Part shown: positions 52,263-64,000 of the stretch, piece by piece | Layout: each line of letters begins with the position of its first letter | Numbering within the stretch: the stretch's first letter is position 1 | NCBI RefSeq assembly: GCF_006345805.1 | Contig: NC_042997.1 | Location: 171,182,001 to 171,246,000 of the forward strand | Origin: Octopus sinensis | Lineage: Eukaryota | Direction: 5' to 3' | Length of the DNA stretch: 64,000 nucleotides | Notes under the pieces: model-generated | Told to the model about the DNA's origin: nothing | Seen by the model: the letters and a program-made list of their open reading frames with translations, nothing else | Database searches by the model: none | Position numbers and translations under genes: made by a program

Positions 52263-52835
52263 AATATTTCTGCTTCAGCAACTGGATGCTAAATCTGTCT
52301 GAAATAATCATCATCATTTAACATCCACCTTCCATGGGTGGGTTGGTTTGGTAGGGGCCGGCCAGGCAGAAGCTTGCACCAGACTTCTGTGTCTGTTTTA
52401 GCAACATTTTTACAGCTGGATGTATTTCCTTACACCAACCACCCAGCACTAAATGCAATGGAAAACAGATTAGTTTCAAAGCATTGATGTCCAGGTGACA
52501 AAAGCAAAGTTTGAAGGGAAAAGTAGTCATTTCCTTTGATTTCTTGATAGAAGCAAATAGGAAATAACACTTACTGATGAAAGACAAAAAAAGGAAAACT
52601 TTTATTACACTGTATTATATGCTCCTACTCATCTACTGATGTGGTAAGTGGTTTATGATCTTGTTTATACTATCTGATGAAGCAACGTGATGTTGGGGAA
52701 ACTCCAGAGTAGCTATCAACTGGATAAGTCAAAGCAAAGTGTGTCTGTATGTGTGTGTATATATGTATATGCATAATCAAAGGAATGGGAAAACAGAAAA
52801 AAATTCTGCTGAAGAAAACTTAATAGTATTAACAA

Positions 52836-53219
52836 CTAGCAGTATCGCCCGGCGTTGCTCGGGTTTGTAAGGGAAATAACTATAAAGCATTTTTAGAGAG
52901 TTATAGCCAAAAAATAGAAAAAAAATGGAAAAAAAATTATGGTAAATTTTTTTTGAGAGTTAAAAAGGTCGAGTTGCGTCCCCTAAACAGTCTGTGGTTT
53001 GTGTTTCTGATTCTCGACCCCATGTCGAATTTATCGATTTTTTTCAGAACTGGAGGAACTTTTCAAAATTTTCGCTGCATTAGTTTTGAATTATGACATT
53101 GGGCTATGTGTGTGTCAAGTTTCATCAGAATCGGTTGAAAGCCGTGGTCAGGGTGAGGGTACAACCTAACAGACACACAGACACACAGACAGACAAACTG
53201 CCGTTTATACAGAGAGAGA
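52836..53219 (-). mobile_element. Non-autonomous Helitron
   Basis: Same 3' about 90 bp as 5750-6146 (hairpin plus CTAG), TC 5' end, different interior. Confidence 0.85.
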
Positions 53220-53814
53220 TGACAACATTACATAGCAATGACTAAAGGGAATTTCAAAAGTCACTTTTACAACCACAGTTCATTCCTCTGAAATGAAGAA
53301 ACGAGGAACTATATATGGTAAATTAAAGACAATGAAATTAATAATTTTTATGCCTTTTGAACAATACTGAATTCACAGAAACCATGCACCAGTGATTCCA
53401 ATGTGCTTCAGAGTTTTTCATTCTAAATTAACTTGTGACCTCAAATGATTACTTAAATAAGAGATCTGAATGTTCACCAAATGCAGACATATTAAGAAAT
53501 TCCTTCTGGCTATTTTTAATTGAACAATAGAATTCAATTAATTGCATAACACACTACTGTTGATTTCTGTACGCGTATTTATGGGCATGTGCCAACATAA
53601 ACCTCTTATCCAACAGCCTCTTCTGCTGCCATCACACCACGTACATTACATGCTAAACAGGAATTGATTATATGCTGCCTCAGATAAAGAATTCTTGAGT
53701 AAACACAGCATTCTAGAGAAAATCTTCATTCTGCTAAATATTGCATCAGTAGAATGCAATATTTAGCAGGAAATGTAAATTCATTCATTAAAAAAACCCC
53801 GCTTTCTCTCTCAC

Positions 53815-53934
53815 AATCTATCTATCTACCTATCTATCTGTCGGCCTGTCTGTCTATTATTTATCATCTATCTGTCCACCTGTCTATCTACCTGTCTGCC
53901 TATCTTATCTGTCTATCTGTCTGCCTATCCTATC

Positions 53935-54024
<90 letters not shown>

Positions 54025-54035
54025 GTCTGCCTATC

Positions 54036-54077
<42 letters not shown>

Positions 54078-54096
54078 ATCTATCTGTCTGCCTATC

Positions 54097-54178
<82 letters not shown>

Positions 54179-54190
54179 GCCTGTCTGTCT
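53815..54190. repeat. Compound (CTAT)n/(CTGT)n microsatellite
   Basis: Direct. Confidence 0.97.
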
Positions 54191-54304
54191 ATCATTACCC
54201 TTCCCTTCTGTTTCCTCACCTCTTCCATTATTCTTCTCAATGCTGTTCCCTCTCTTATTCCCTCCACTACTATCTTCGTGCAACAATAAATCCCTTTCTT
54301 CCCT

Positions 54305-54685
54305 CATGTCTTTTATCTTTTACTTGTTTTAGTCATTAGACTCTGGCCACACTGGTGCACTGCCTTGAATAATTTTATTTGAATTAATCAACCCAGTACT
54401 AATTTATTATTATTTCAAAGTCTGGTACTTATTCTACTGGTCTCCTTTGCTGAACTGCTAAATTATAGGGATGTAAACACACCAACACTGGTTGTCAAGC
54501 AGTGGTAGGACATGGACACACACACACACACACACATATGGGCTTCTTTCAGGTTCCATCTACCATATCCACTCACAAGGTTTTGGTCAACCCAAGTCAC
54601 TTGCCCAAGGTGACATGCTATGGAACTGAACCCAGAACCTTGTGGTTGGGAAGCAAGCTTCTTACCATACAACCCTGCCTGTACT
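54305..54685 (-). mobile_element. SINE family A, CpG-decayed
   Basis: Reverse-complement family motifs. Confidence 0.82.
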
Positions 54686-55309
54686 TATGTGTATAAATGG
54701 TTAAATTATGCTTTAAAACCACGATTTGGGGTTCAAATTCTCTATGTGGCAATTTGAGAAATTATTTCCAAGTTGAGGGTGAACCAAAATCTTGTGAGTG
54801 GATTGGTAGTTGGAAACTAAAAAAGGGCCCATCTTATTTTGCAAGTGCACATGTGCTATGATTGTGTCCCTTGTCTTGACCATGTGTGATCGTTTTAAAA
54901 CTAACATCACCATCATAAAACGGTGTCCTTTGTTTCCAGTCTTCCATGAAAACATACCTAACCAAAGGGGCTTACTTTGGAAATAGGTAGGGGTTGGTAA
55001 TAGGAGGGAGAAACAGCTGTAGAAAATCTGGTTCAACAAATTCCGTCTGACCCATACAAATATGGAATACATATTTATATACACAGGCATATAGACTTTA
55101 TATTTATACATTTTATATTTCTATGTGCACATATACACATACATATTTATTTATATAAATTTTATACACACACACATGCATGTCTGTATATATGTATGTA
55201 CACACATATATATCATATCTGAGACTTAAAAGAACTGAATAACATTTAATTCTCATGCATGTGCATCCTTAAATTTTGCTTATAAACCTGGAAAAAAAAG
55301 TTTGTTTCC

Positions 55310-55378
55310 ATGATTTTGTTTTTGTTTTCGTTTCTCATAGTGTTCAAAATTTTTTGGGTGTCCTGTACCCATATATGC

Positions 55379-55433
<55 letters not shown>

Positions 55434-56262
55434 GATGTAGGTATGAACATATATGTATATATGCATATATTTATATATTATTTATGTTATTTTATGATCG
55501 AACACCACGCATCCATTTCCAAGTAAGTTTTATCTTAATAATTATGATGCACACTCTTAAATTTTACTAATTCTCCTCTGTCTGTCTCTCTCCCTCTCTT
55601 GTTCTTCATCCTTTCTGGTTTTCTCTCCCACCCTTCCCTATTCTTCTCCTCTCCCTTTCACCGTTCCCTCTCTCTCACTCCTCCTCCCCCCTCTCATCAC
55701 TGACACGTGACCAGACGGAAGCCATCTTTCCGACTCCTATCTTCAACAAGTCAAGACGGCTTATCCCGTCCTTCTCATAAGCTGTCTCCTCTATGCATTC
55801 AAAATAATTTTTCCATCGTCTTGGCTTAACAGCTCTCATCATTTGTTTTTACTGTGTTATTCCCCGTGTCCTGTCTTCTACTGTTTTTATTTTTATTGTT
55901 TTACTGTCTTGTTTTGCTTTTACTGTCCTGTTCTTGTTACCACTTTTACCCCTCCACAAAAAATCCCAAATTTTATTTAATTTGCTTTGCAGGAAGGCCT
56001 CTTTCAACGAAGTCGCGTCTTGTCCTTACCTTCAAAACGCGGAGTAGACGAAACAGGGACAACTGAAGAAGGGGACTATTCCTTATGTTGTATGTCTTGT
56101 ACTCTGTTCTTTTGTTGTTTGAAAAATAGTTCGTTTCTGTGTTTTTGTTTTTATGTTTTCGTTTCTCATTGTGTTCAACGTTTTTTTTTGTGTCCTGTAC
56201 CCATATATGCATGTATATATACATATAGATGTAGGTATGTACATATAAGTATGTATATATGC
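55310..56262. mobile_element. Unclassified (TA)n-anchored element with a partial direct terminal duplication
   Basis: 55310-55470 repeats 56140-56262; inverted copy at 24160-24600. Confidence 0.7.
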
Positions 56263-56263
56263 A

Positions 56264-59200
56264 TCATCATCATCATCATCATCATCATTTAACGTCCGCT
56301 TTCCATGCTAGCATGGGTTGGACGGTTCAACTGGGGTCTGGGGAGCCCGAAGGCTGCACCAGGCCAGTCAGATCTGGCAGTGTTTCTACAGCTGGATGCC
56401 CTTCCTAACGCCAACCACTCCGAGAGTGTAGTGGGTGATTTTATGTGCCACCGACACAGGTGCCAGACGAGGCTGGCGAACGGCCACACTCGGATGGTGT
56501 TTTTATGTGCCACCGACACAGGTGCCAGACGAGGCTGGCGAACGGCCACGCTCGGATGGTGTTTTTATGTGCCACTGACACAGGTGCCAGACGAGGCTGA
56601 CGAACGGCCACGATCGGATGGTGTTTCTTACGTGCCCACAGCACGGAGGCCAGTCGATGCGGTACTGGCTACGGCCACGTTCGGATGGTTTTCTTGTGTG
56701 CCACCGGCACTGGTACCACAAAGATACAAGTTCCATTGATGTTCATCTATTTTGATTTGATTTGATATGATTTTCACATGCCTCAACAGGTCTTCACAAG
56801 TGTCACAAGAAGGAAGGAAGGTATGCACAGGTGAACTGACAACGTCCCAGGTAGGGGACCACGGGTTATGGCCTGACTAGTCTTGCCGGGTCTTCGGATG
56901 ATGTTTTTATGTGCCTCCGACACAGGTGCCAGATGGATGGTGTTTGTTACGTGCCCACAGCACGGAGGCCAGTCGATGCGGTACTGTCTACAGCCACGTT
57001 CGGATGGTTTTCTTGTGTGCCACCGGCACTGGTACCACAAAGATACAAATTCCATTGATGTTCATCTATTTTGATTTGATTTGATTTGATTTGATTTGAT
57101 CACTTGTCTCAACAGGTCTTCACAAGTGTCACAAGAAGGAAGGTATGCACAGGTGGACTGACTACGTCCCAGGTAGAGGCCACGGGTTATGGCCTGACTA
57201 GTCTTGCCGGGTCTTCGGATGGTGTTTTTATGTGCCACCGACACAGGTGCCAGATGAGGCTGGCGAACGGCCACGATCGGATGGTGTTTGTTATGAGCCC
57301 ACAGCACAGAGGCCAGTCAATGCGGTACTGGCTACGGCCATGTTCGGATGGTTATCTTGTGTGCCACCGGCCCTGGTACCACAAAGATACAAATTCCATT
57401 GATGTTCATCTATTTTGATTTGTTTTGATTTGATCACTTGCCTCAACAGGTCTTCACAAGTGTCACAAGAAGGAAGGTATGCACAGGTGGACTGACTACG
57501 TCCCAGGTAGGGGCCACGGGTTATGGCCTGACTAGTCTTGCCGGGTCTTCAGATGGTGTTTTTATGTGCCACTGACACAGGTGCCAGACGAGGCTGACGA
57601 ACGGCCACGATCGGATGGTGTTTCTTACGTGCCCACAGCACGGAGGCCAGTCGATGCGGTACTGGCTACGGCCACGTTCGGATGGTTTTCTTGTGTGCCA
57701 CCGCACTGGCCACTGGTACCACAAAGATACAAGTTCCATTGATGTTCATCTATTTTGATTTGATTTGATATGATTTTCACATGCCTCAACAGGTCTTCAC
57801 AAGTGTCACAAGAAGGAAGGAAGGTATGCACAGGTGAACTGACAACGTCCCAGGTAGGGGACCACGGGTTATGGCCTGACTAGTCTTGCCGGGTCTTCGG
57901 ATGATGTTTTTATGTGCCTCCGACACAGGTGCCAGATGGATGGTGTTTGTTACGTGCCCACAGCACGGAGGCCAGTCGATGCGGTACTGTCTACAGCCAC
58001 GTTCGGATGGTTTTCTTGTGTGCCACCGGCACTGGTACCACAAAGATACAAATTCCATTGATGTTCATCTATTTTGATTTGATTTGATTTGATTTGATTT
58101 GATCACTTGTCTCAACAGGTCTTCACAAGTGTCACAAGAAGGAAGGTATGCACAGGTGGACTGACTACGTCCCAGGTAGAGGCCACGGGTTATGGCCTGA
58201 CTAGTCTTGCCGGGTCTTCGGATGGTGTTTTTATGTGCCACCGACACAGGTGCCAGATGAGGCTGGCGAACGGCCACGATCGGATGGTGTTTGTTATGAG
58301 CCCACAGCACAGAGGCCAGTCAATGCGGTACTGGCTACGGCCATGTTCGGATGGTTATCTTGTGTGCCACCGGCCCTGGTACCACAAAGATACAAATTCC
58401 ATTGATGTTCATCTATTTTGATTTGTTTTGATTTGATCACTTGCCTCAACAGGTCTTCACAAGTGTCACAAGAAGGAAGGTATGCACAGGTGGACTGACT
58501 ACGTCCCAGGTAGGGGCCACGGGTTATGGCCTGACTAGTCTTGCCGGGTCTTCAGATGGTGTTTTTATGTGCCACCGACACAGGTGCCAGATGAGGCTGG
58601 CGAACGGCCACGATTGGATGGTGTTTGTTATGAGCCCACAGCACAGAGGCCAGTCGATGCGGTACTGTCTACGGCCACGTTCGGATGGTTTTCTTGTGTG
58701 CCACCGGCACTGGTACCACAAAGATACAAATTCCATTGATGATCATCTATTTTATTTTGATTTTCACTTTCACTTGCCTCAACAGGTCTTCACAAGTGTC
58801 ACAAGAAGGAAGGTATGCACAGGTGGACTGACTACGTCCCAGGTAGGGGCCACGGGTTATGGCCTGACTACTCTTGCCGGGTCTTCTCATGCACAGCATA
58901 CTTCCATAGGTCTCGGTCTCTAGTCATTTCCTTGGTGAGACCTAAAGTTCGAAGGTCGTGCTTCACCACCTCGTCCCAGGTTTTCCTGGGTCTACCTCTT
59001 CCACAGGTTCCCTCAACTGCTAGGGTGTAGCACTTTTGCACACAACTATCTACAGCCATTCTCGTCACATGACCATACCAGCGCAGCCGTCTCTCTTGCA
59101 CACCACAATTGACGCTTCTTAGGTTCAACTTTTCTCTCAAGGTACTTACACTCTGACGATTATGAACACTGACATTACACATCCATCGGAGCATACTGGC

Positions 59201-60516
59201 TTCATTTCTTGCAAGCTTACGCATATCCTCAGCAGTCACGGCCCATGTTTCACTACCATGTAGCATGGCTGTACGTACACATGCATCATACAGTCTGCCT
59301 TTTACTCTGAGCGAGAGGCCTTTTGTCACCAGCAGGGGTAAGAGCTCTCTAAACTTTGCCCAAGCTATTCTTACTCTAGCAGTTACACTTTCAGCACACC
59401 CACCCCCGCTCCTGACTTGGTCTCCTAGGTAGCGGAAGCTATCAACTACTTCTAGTTTGTCTCCCTGGAACGTGGTAGAAGTTGGTCTCTGCACATTTCC
59501 AGTGTTTATTGCTCCTGAGCATCTGCCACAGACAAAAACTATTTTCTTAGTTAGCCTTCCTTTGACATTGCTGCACCTCTTATGTGTCCATAGCTTACAC
59601 TTGGTGCACCTTATAGAGTTTCTACCTACACCTTTTTTACAGATCGAGCAGGGCCATCTACCTGAAGTCGTTTGTGATTGGTCCACCTTCCTACTTATTA
59701 GGACTTTGGTTTTGGCTAGGTTGATTCTAAAGCCCTTCGATTCTAATCCTTGTTTCCACACCTGAAACTTCTCCTCCAGTTCTGATAGTGACTCAGCAAT
59801 TAGAGCAAGGTCATCAGCATAGAGGAGCTCCCAGGGGCATCCTGTCTTGAATTCCTCCGTTATTGCCTGGAGGACTATGATAAATAGGAGGGGACTGAGG
59901 ACTGAACCTTGGTGGACCCCAACCTCTACCCGGAATTCTTCACTGTACTCGTTGCCAACCCTCACCTTACTAGCAGCGTCTCTGTACATGGCTTGCACAG
60001 CTCTCACTAACCATTCATCTATCCCTAGTTTCCTCATTGACCACCAGATAAGGGATCGGGGGACCCTGTCAAAGGCTTTCTCCAAGTCAACAAAAGCCAG
60101 GTACAAGGGCTTGTCTTTGGCTAGGTATTTCTCCTGCAGCTGTCTTACCAGGAATATAGCATCAGTAGTACTTTTCCCTGGCACGAACCCAAACTGCATA
60201 TCATCTAAGCTGACACTCTCTCTAATTAGTTGGGCTATAACCCTCTCCGTAACCTTCATTACCTGATCCAGCAGCTTGATGCCTCTGTAGTTATTTGTAT
60301 CTAGGGCGTCGCCTTTACCTTTGTAGCAGTTGACTATTATGCTGCTACACCAGTCATTGGGTATGACTCCCTCGTGTATCACCTGGTTAACTATACGGGT
60401 GACTAAGCTATAGCCGACACCACCAGATATTTTGAGCATCTCTGCAGTAATTCCTGATGGGCCTGGGGCTTTCCCTGTTTTCATGCTTCTAATTGCCTTA
60501 TCTACTAAGGAACTGT
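56264..60516 (-). mobile_element. RTE-clade LINE, 5'-truncated, open RT ORF, 3' region tandemly amplified, (GAT)n tail
   Basis: ORF 58868..60601: KAPGPSG, YRGIKLL, FVDLEKAFDRVP, GVHQGSVLSP, LLYADD, FRYLG, LHGSETW, RLRWYGHV, GRGRPRKTW. Confidence 0.96.
56640..58867. repeat. 7 tandem units of 326-343 bp with a 1003-bp higher-order duplication
   Basis: tcaacaggtcttcac at 56783, 57109, 57443, 57786, 58112, 58446 and 58779; identical ORFs offset by 1003. Confidence 0.95.
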
Positions 60517-60769
60517 TACACACACATACATATGTATGTAAGGATGCTGATGAGTTAATTATGATTTTATTGAACATATTCACCATGTCAGATTCATACA
60601 CTTATTGCAGCAGTCCTTCAGCTTTTCATAGCCCTGTAAAAGAACTCGGAAGTTTTGACCTTCAGCCCGACCTTTTGTGATATCCTTAAAACCCGGAGCT
60701 TTTTAGTACCTTCTCTTATATACATATATATTTTCATTATTTTTTGGTGGGGCTGATTCTCCACTGATT

Positions 60770-60918
60770 CCTACTCCTGATTTTCTCCCCTCCATACACA
60801 CGCAAGCATATATCTGACTCATACACTGTTCACTTTCCAGGCATTTGTACATTACTGCATAAGCTTTATATGCACTTTTGACAAGTTGTGGTGCACCTGA
60901 GCACTGTGTACAATAATT

Positions 60919-60976
<58 letters not shown>
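60770..60976 (+). mobile_element. CR1-like LINE 3'UTR with (ATT)n tail
   Basis: gtggtgcacctgagcactgtgtacaataatttc-(att)n; same end on the minus strand at about 62065-62105. Confidence 0.7.
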
Positions 60977-60977
<1 letters not shown>

Positions 60978-61645
60978 GTTCTTTAGACAAGGAAAACAAA
61001 GTAACGCATGACAGTAGATAGATGGAGATGCATGGCTGACTGAACTCCCACACAGGTTGGTATTGCCAAATGTTCATAGAAAACATGAAGTGAAAGAAGG
61101 TGGCTTCTTAATAGCTATTAATCACTTATTCATGCATGCTCTCCCAAACACAAAACTCACAAAGCCACATGTAAATCCATACACACAAATGCACATACAT
61201 AGGGCTCATACATGTCATAGGTTTTCTTAGAAAGTAGAAAAAAAAGGGTGCAGCACAGGAAGTAAGATATAAGTCGGAAGGACTAGCAGCTCACAGTTCA
61301 TCCATCTCACATACATGCATACATGCATGCATTTATGCAACGCAGTTTAGTATGCTGTTAGCCAGCAGTTAATAGATGCACAGGAGAGAGGAATGGGAAA
61401 GCATGTGTGGACATACAATATCGTGCTAAAATTACAGAACCAAAGTCAATAAATGCATATATTTCTTTTTCCTTTTTTTTCTCCTCTATCTCTTTCTCTC
61501 TCATTTTTTTGCTTGTTTGTTTTTTGCAATCTTCGTTTTCTCCATCACCAACCTAAAATCCATATGTGTGTATGTATATGAAAGAAATTGTTGTATAACT
61601 GTTGAAACAATTATACAAAATATATATGAAAGAAATTGTTGTAAA

Positions 61646-62061
61646 AAGGCGGCAAGCTGGCAGAAACGTTAGCACGCCAGGCGAAATGCTTACCAGTATT
61701 TCATCTGCCGTTACGTTCTGAGTTCAAATTCCGCCGAGGTCGACTTTGCCTTTCATCCTTTTAGGGTCAATAAATTAAGTACCAGTTATGCACTGGAGTC
61801 GATGTAATCGACTTAATCTGTTTGACTGTCCTTGTTTGTCCTCTCTGTGTTTAGCCCCTTGTGGGTAGTAAAGAAATAGGTATTTCGTCTGCCATTACGT
61901 TCTGAGTTCAAATTCCATCGAGGTCGACTTTGCCTTTCATCCTTTCAGGGTCGATAAATTAAGCACCAGTTATGCACTGAGGTCGATGTAATTGACTTAA
62001 TCCCTTTGTCTGTCCTTGTTTGTCCCTTCTATGTTTAGCCCCCTGTGGGCAATAAAGAAAT
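61646..62061 (+). mobile_element. SINE family B dimer
   Basis: Junction aaagaaata|ggtatttcgtctg; aagaaattgttgta on both sides. Confidence 0.92.
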
Positions 62062-62064
62062 AAG

Positions 62065-62520
62065 AAATTGTTGTATACAGTGCTCAGGTGCACTACAATT
62101 AACGAGAAAAGAAAAAAATGCCATCAGTTGTACTGTGGGCAGATTTCAGGAAGTATGGAAAATTTGAAGGACATAGTGGAGTGACAGCTAACAACTGATG
62201 CAGGTAGCATATTCCATGTTTCAAGAATTGTGAGCGTGAAAAAGTATTTCTGAAAGTCATGGGTGCTGTGTTGTTTTTTGATTTTTGGAACAGAAGAGGA
62301 ATAAATATTTAGGAGCCAATCTCTTTCATTGTCTTGCATAGTTCTCTGCTGACACTGATTGGCTGAAACTGACCAGTGTTGGTGTGTATGAAGTTCAGCC
62401 AATCTTGTGTCCCTATCTATTTGCCTTAACTGTAAGAAGTTTTTGTTTTTCTGTAAAATATTTAGTTTTTCCCTTCCTAGGGAACCATCTCCGGAGTAAC
62501 AAGTCACTGGATCAGCCAAA
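62065..62520 (-). mobile_element. CR1-like LINE 3' fragment
   Basis: KYFFTLTILETWNMLPASVVSCHSTMSFK C-terminal motif. Confidence 0.75.
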
Positions 62521-62814
62521 ATAGGCTACTGTATTCTTTTGTAATGTCGAGTATTTTTCTCCACTGGCTTTAAACCAATGGACACACACACACACACACC
62601 ACACACACACACACACATACACACACATACATACATATGGAGCCTTGAATCTAGGTTAGAAACTGGCTCTTTCTCTATTGGCAAGAAATCTTGAAATAAA
62701 AATGAACAATGACATACATACATACATACATACATACATACATACATACATACATACATACATACATACATACATAAATACATGCATACATTCATATGTG
62801 TGTGTGTGTGTGTG

Positions 62815-63162
62815 TAGGCACAACTATGGTTAATGGTTAAGAAGCTTGTTTTGCAATGACATGGTTCATGGTTCAGTTCCTTTGCATGGCACTTTGAACA
62901 CGTGTTTTCCACAAATTCCTTGGGCCAACCAATGTCTTGTGAGTGAATTTGGTTGATACGTGTTTGTGTTTGTGCCCCATCACTACTTGACATCTAGTGC
63001 TGATTTGTTTACATTCCTTTAACTCAGTGGTTCAGCAAAAGAGACCAGTAGATTATGCTCCAGACTAAAAATAAAATAACTTGCATCAATTTGTTCACTT
63101 AAACCCTTCAAAGCAGTGTTCCACTATGGCCACAATCCAATGACTGAAATAAGTAAAAGATA
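62815..63162 (+). mobile_element. SINE family A, degenerate
   Basis: Family motifs, CpG-free. Confidence 0.75.
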
Positions 63163-63660
63163 TATATAATAATTAATAGCAACAGAAGTAGAATTAAACC
63201 CAAAAGGCAATCTTTATATCCAACTTAATGTAGATGTCTTGTTATAACACTGAATGCTACATTATTTACTTTGAGAGAACCTCTCATATGGTGCCTATAA
63301 AGCACTGATATTTACATCGGTGACAGATGAGAATCATATGCTATGCATGCTGGAACTGCCAGACCATGTGATTTCCACCTGCTTGGCCTCTTCAGTGGCA
63401 GTGATCCAGTAGCAGCATAACAGTTGAAACTGATTGTCAATGATACATAGAATTTCAGTGTGTTTTCAGGCACTAATTTGACAAATAGCCATACAGGGAC
63501 AACTGCTACTGAAGAGATCAAGCAGGTCAAAATCATGTGATCTGACAGTTCTGGCACCCATAGCAGATAATTTTTTAATCTGCCAGTGATATAAATATGA
63601 GTGCTTTTATGCATCATGCCTTCATAAGAGAGGTCCTCTCAAAATAAATAATGCAATATT

Positions 63661-63994
63661 CAGTTTTTGCATTTGGTTTGCAAGATTCTTTATGTGAGCT
63701 TGTGTGTTGAAGCATATTTTGTTGTATCTGGGGAGAGTCATTCTCTTTTGGCGCCTTATAGTTTAACACACTCACCGGTAAAATTTCCACTTATTTCTTT
63801 TTTCTTTTTTTTTCTTTTTCTAAAATTTTATCATTGTGTCTTGCAACCTTTTCAATAGTTTTGAAAAGGTTACAAGGCACAATGAAAATTTTAGAATAAT
63901 AAAAAAATAAAATAAAAAAGAAATAAGTGGAAATTTTACCAGTGAGTGTGTTAAATTATAAGCCACCAAAAGAGAATGACTCTCCCCAGATACA
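63661..63994. mobile_element. Palindromic fold-back element (about 270-bp hairpin plus 60-bp asymmetric tail)
   Basis: 63724-63850 is the inverted complement of 63865-63994. Confidence 0.9.
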
Positions 63995-64000
63995 GAGGTA

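Noticed and set aside
52671-52715. CTGATGA...GAAACTCCAGAGTA hammerhead-like string
   Set aside because: Stem I cannot form and stem II closure is poor.
56444-58867. Regularly spaced repeats resembling a CRISPR array
   Set aside because: The units are wholly repeated with no unique spacers; they derive from an RTE 3'UTR in a eukaryote.
463-63994. Inverted palindrome copies at both window ends as termini of a 63-kb giant element
   Set aside because: The copies are diverged and the interior is a mixture of unrelated repeats of different ages, with no cargo genes.

Overview
AT-rich, repeat-saturated metazoan genomic DNA. The SINE families and microsatellite load point to an octopus or other coleoid cephalopod (inference). 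I found no host protein-coding exon I can support; almost every long ORF is transposon-derived or a microsatellite artefact. Retroelements: a near-complete Tx1/L1-clade ORF2 inserted in (CTAT)n; a 5'-truncated RTE-clade LINE with an open RT ORF, a C4HC3 finger inside the RT and a 3' end amplified 7 times; CRE-clade and R4/Dong-clade RLE 3' ends; an APE-type LINE 5' half with CCCH fingers in ORF1; CR1 tails; and about 30 copies of three tRNA-derived SINE families. DNA transposons: Helitron (RepHel remnant plus non-autonomous copies), piggyBac, mariner, pogo, a GTF2IRD2-like hAT and several MITEs. Most interesting: (i) minimal hammerhead-ribozyme motifs that share only the catalytic core; (ii) retroelements that appear to target specific microsatellites and nest inside SINE microsatellites; (iii) a Nin/Deu-type SINE sharing its 3' tail with the Tx1 LINE and forming fixed-junction multimers inside one TSD; (iv) mini-TIR elements with telomere-like cores; (v) long fold-back palindromes; (vi) a CpG-rich to CpG-poor switch near 24-25 kb. 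Coordinates were read by eye and most are approximate to about 10-20 bp.
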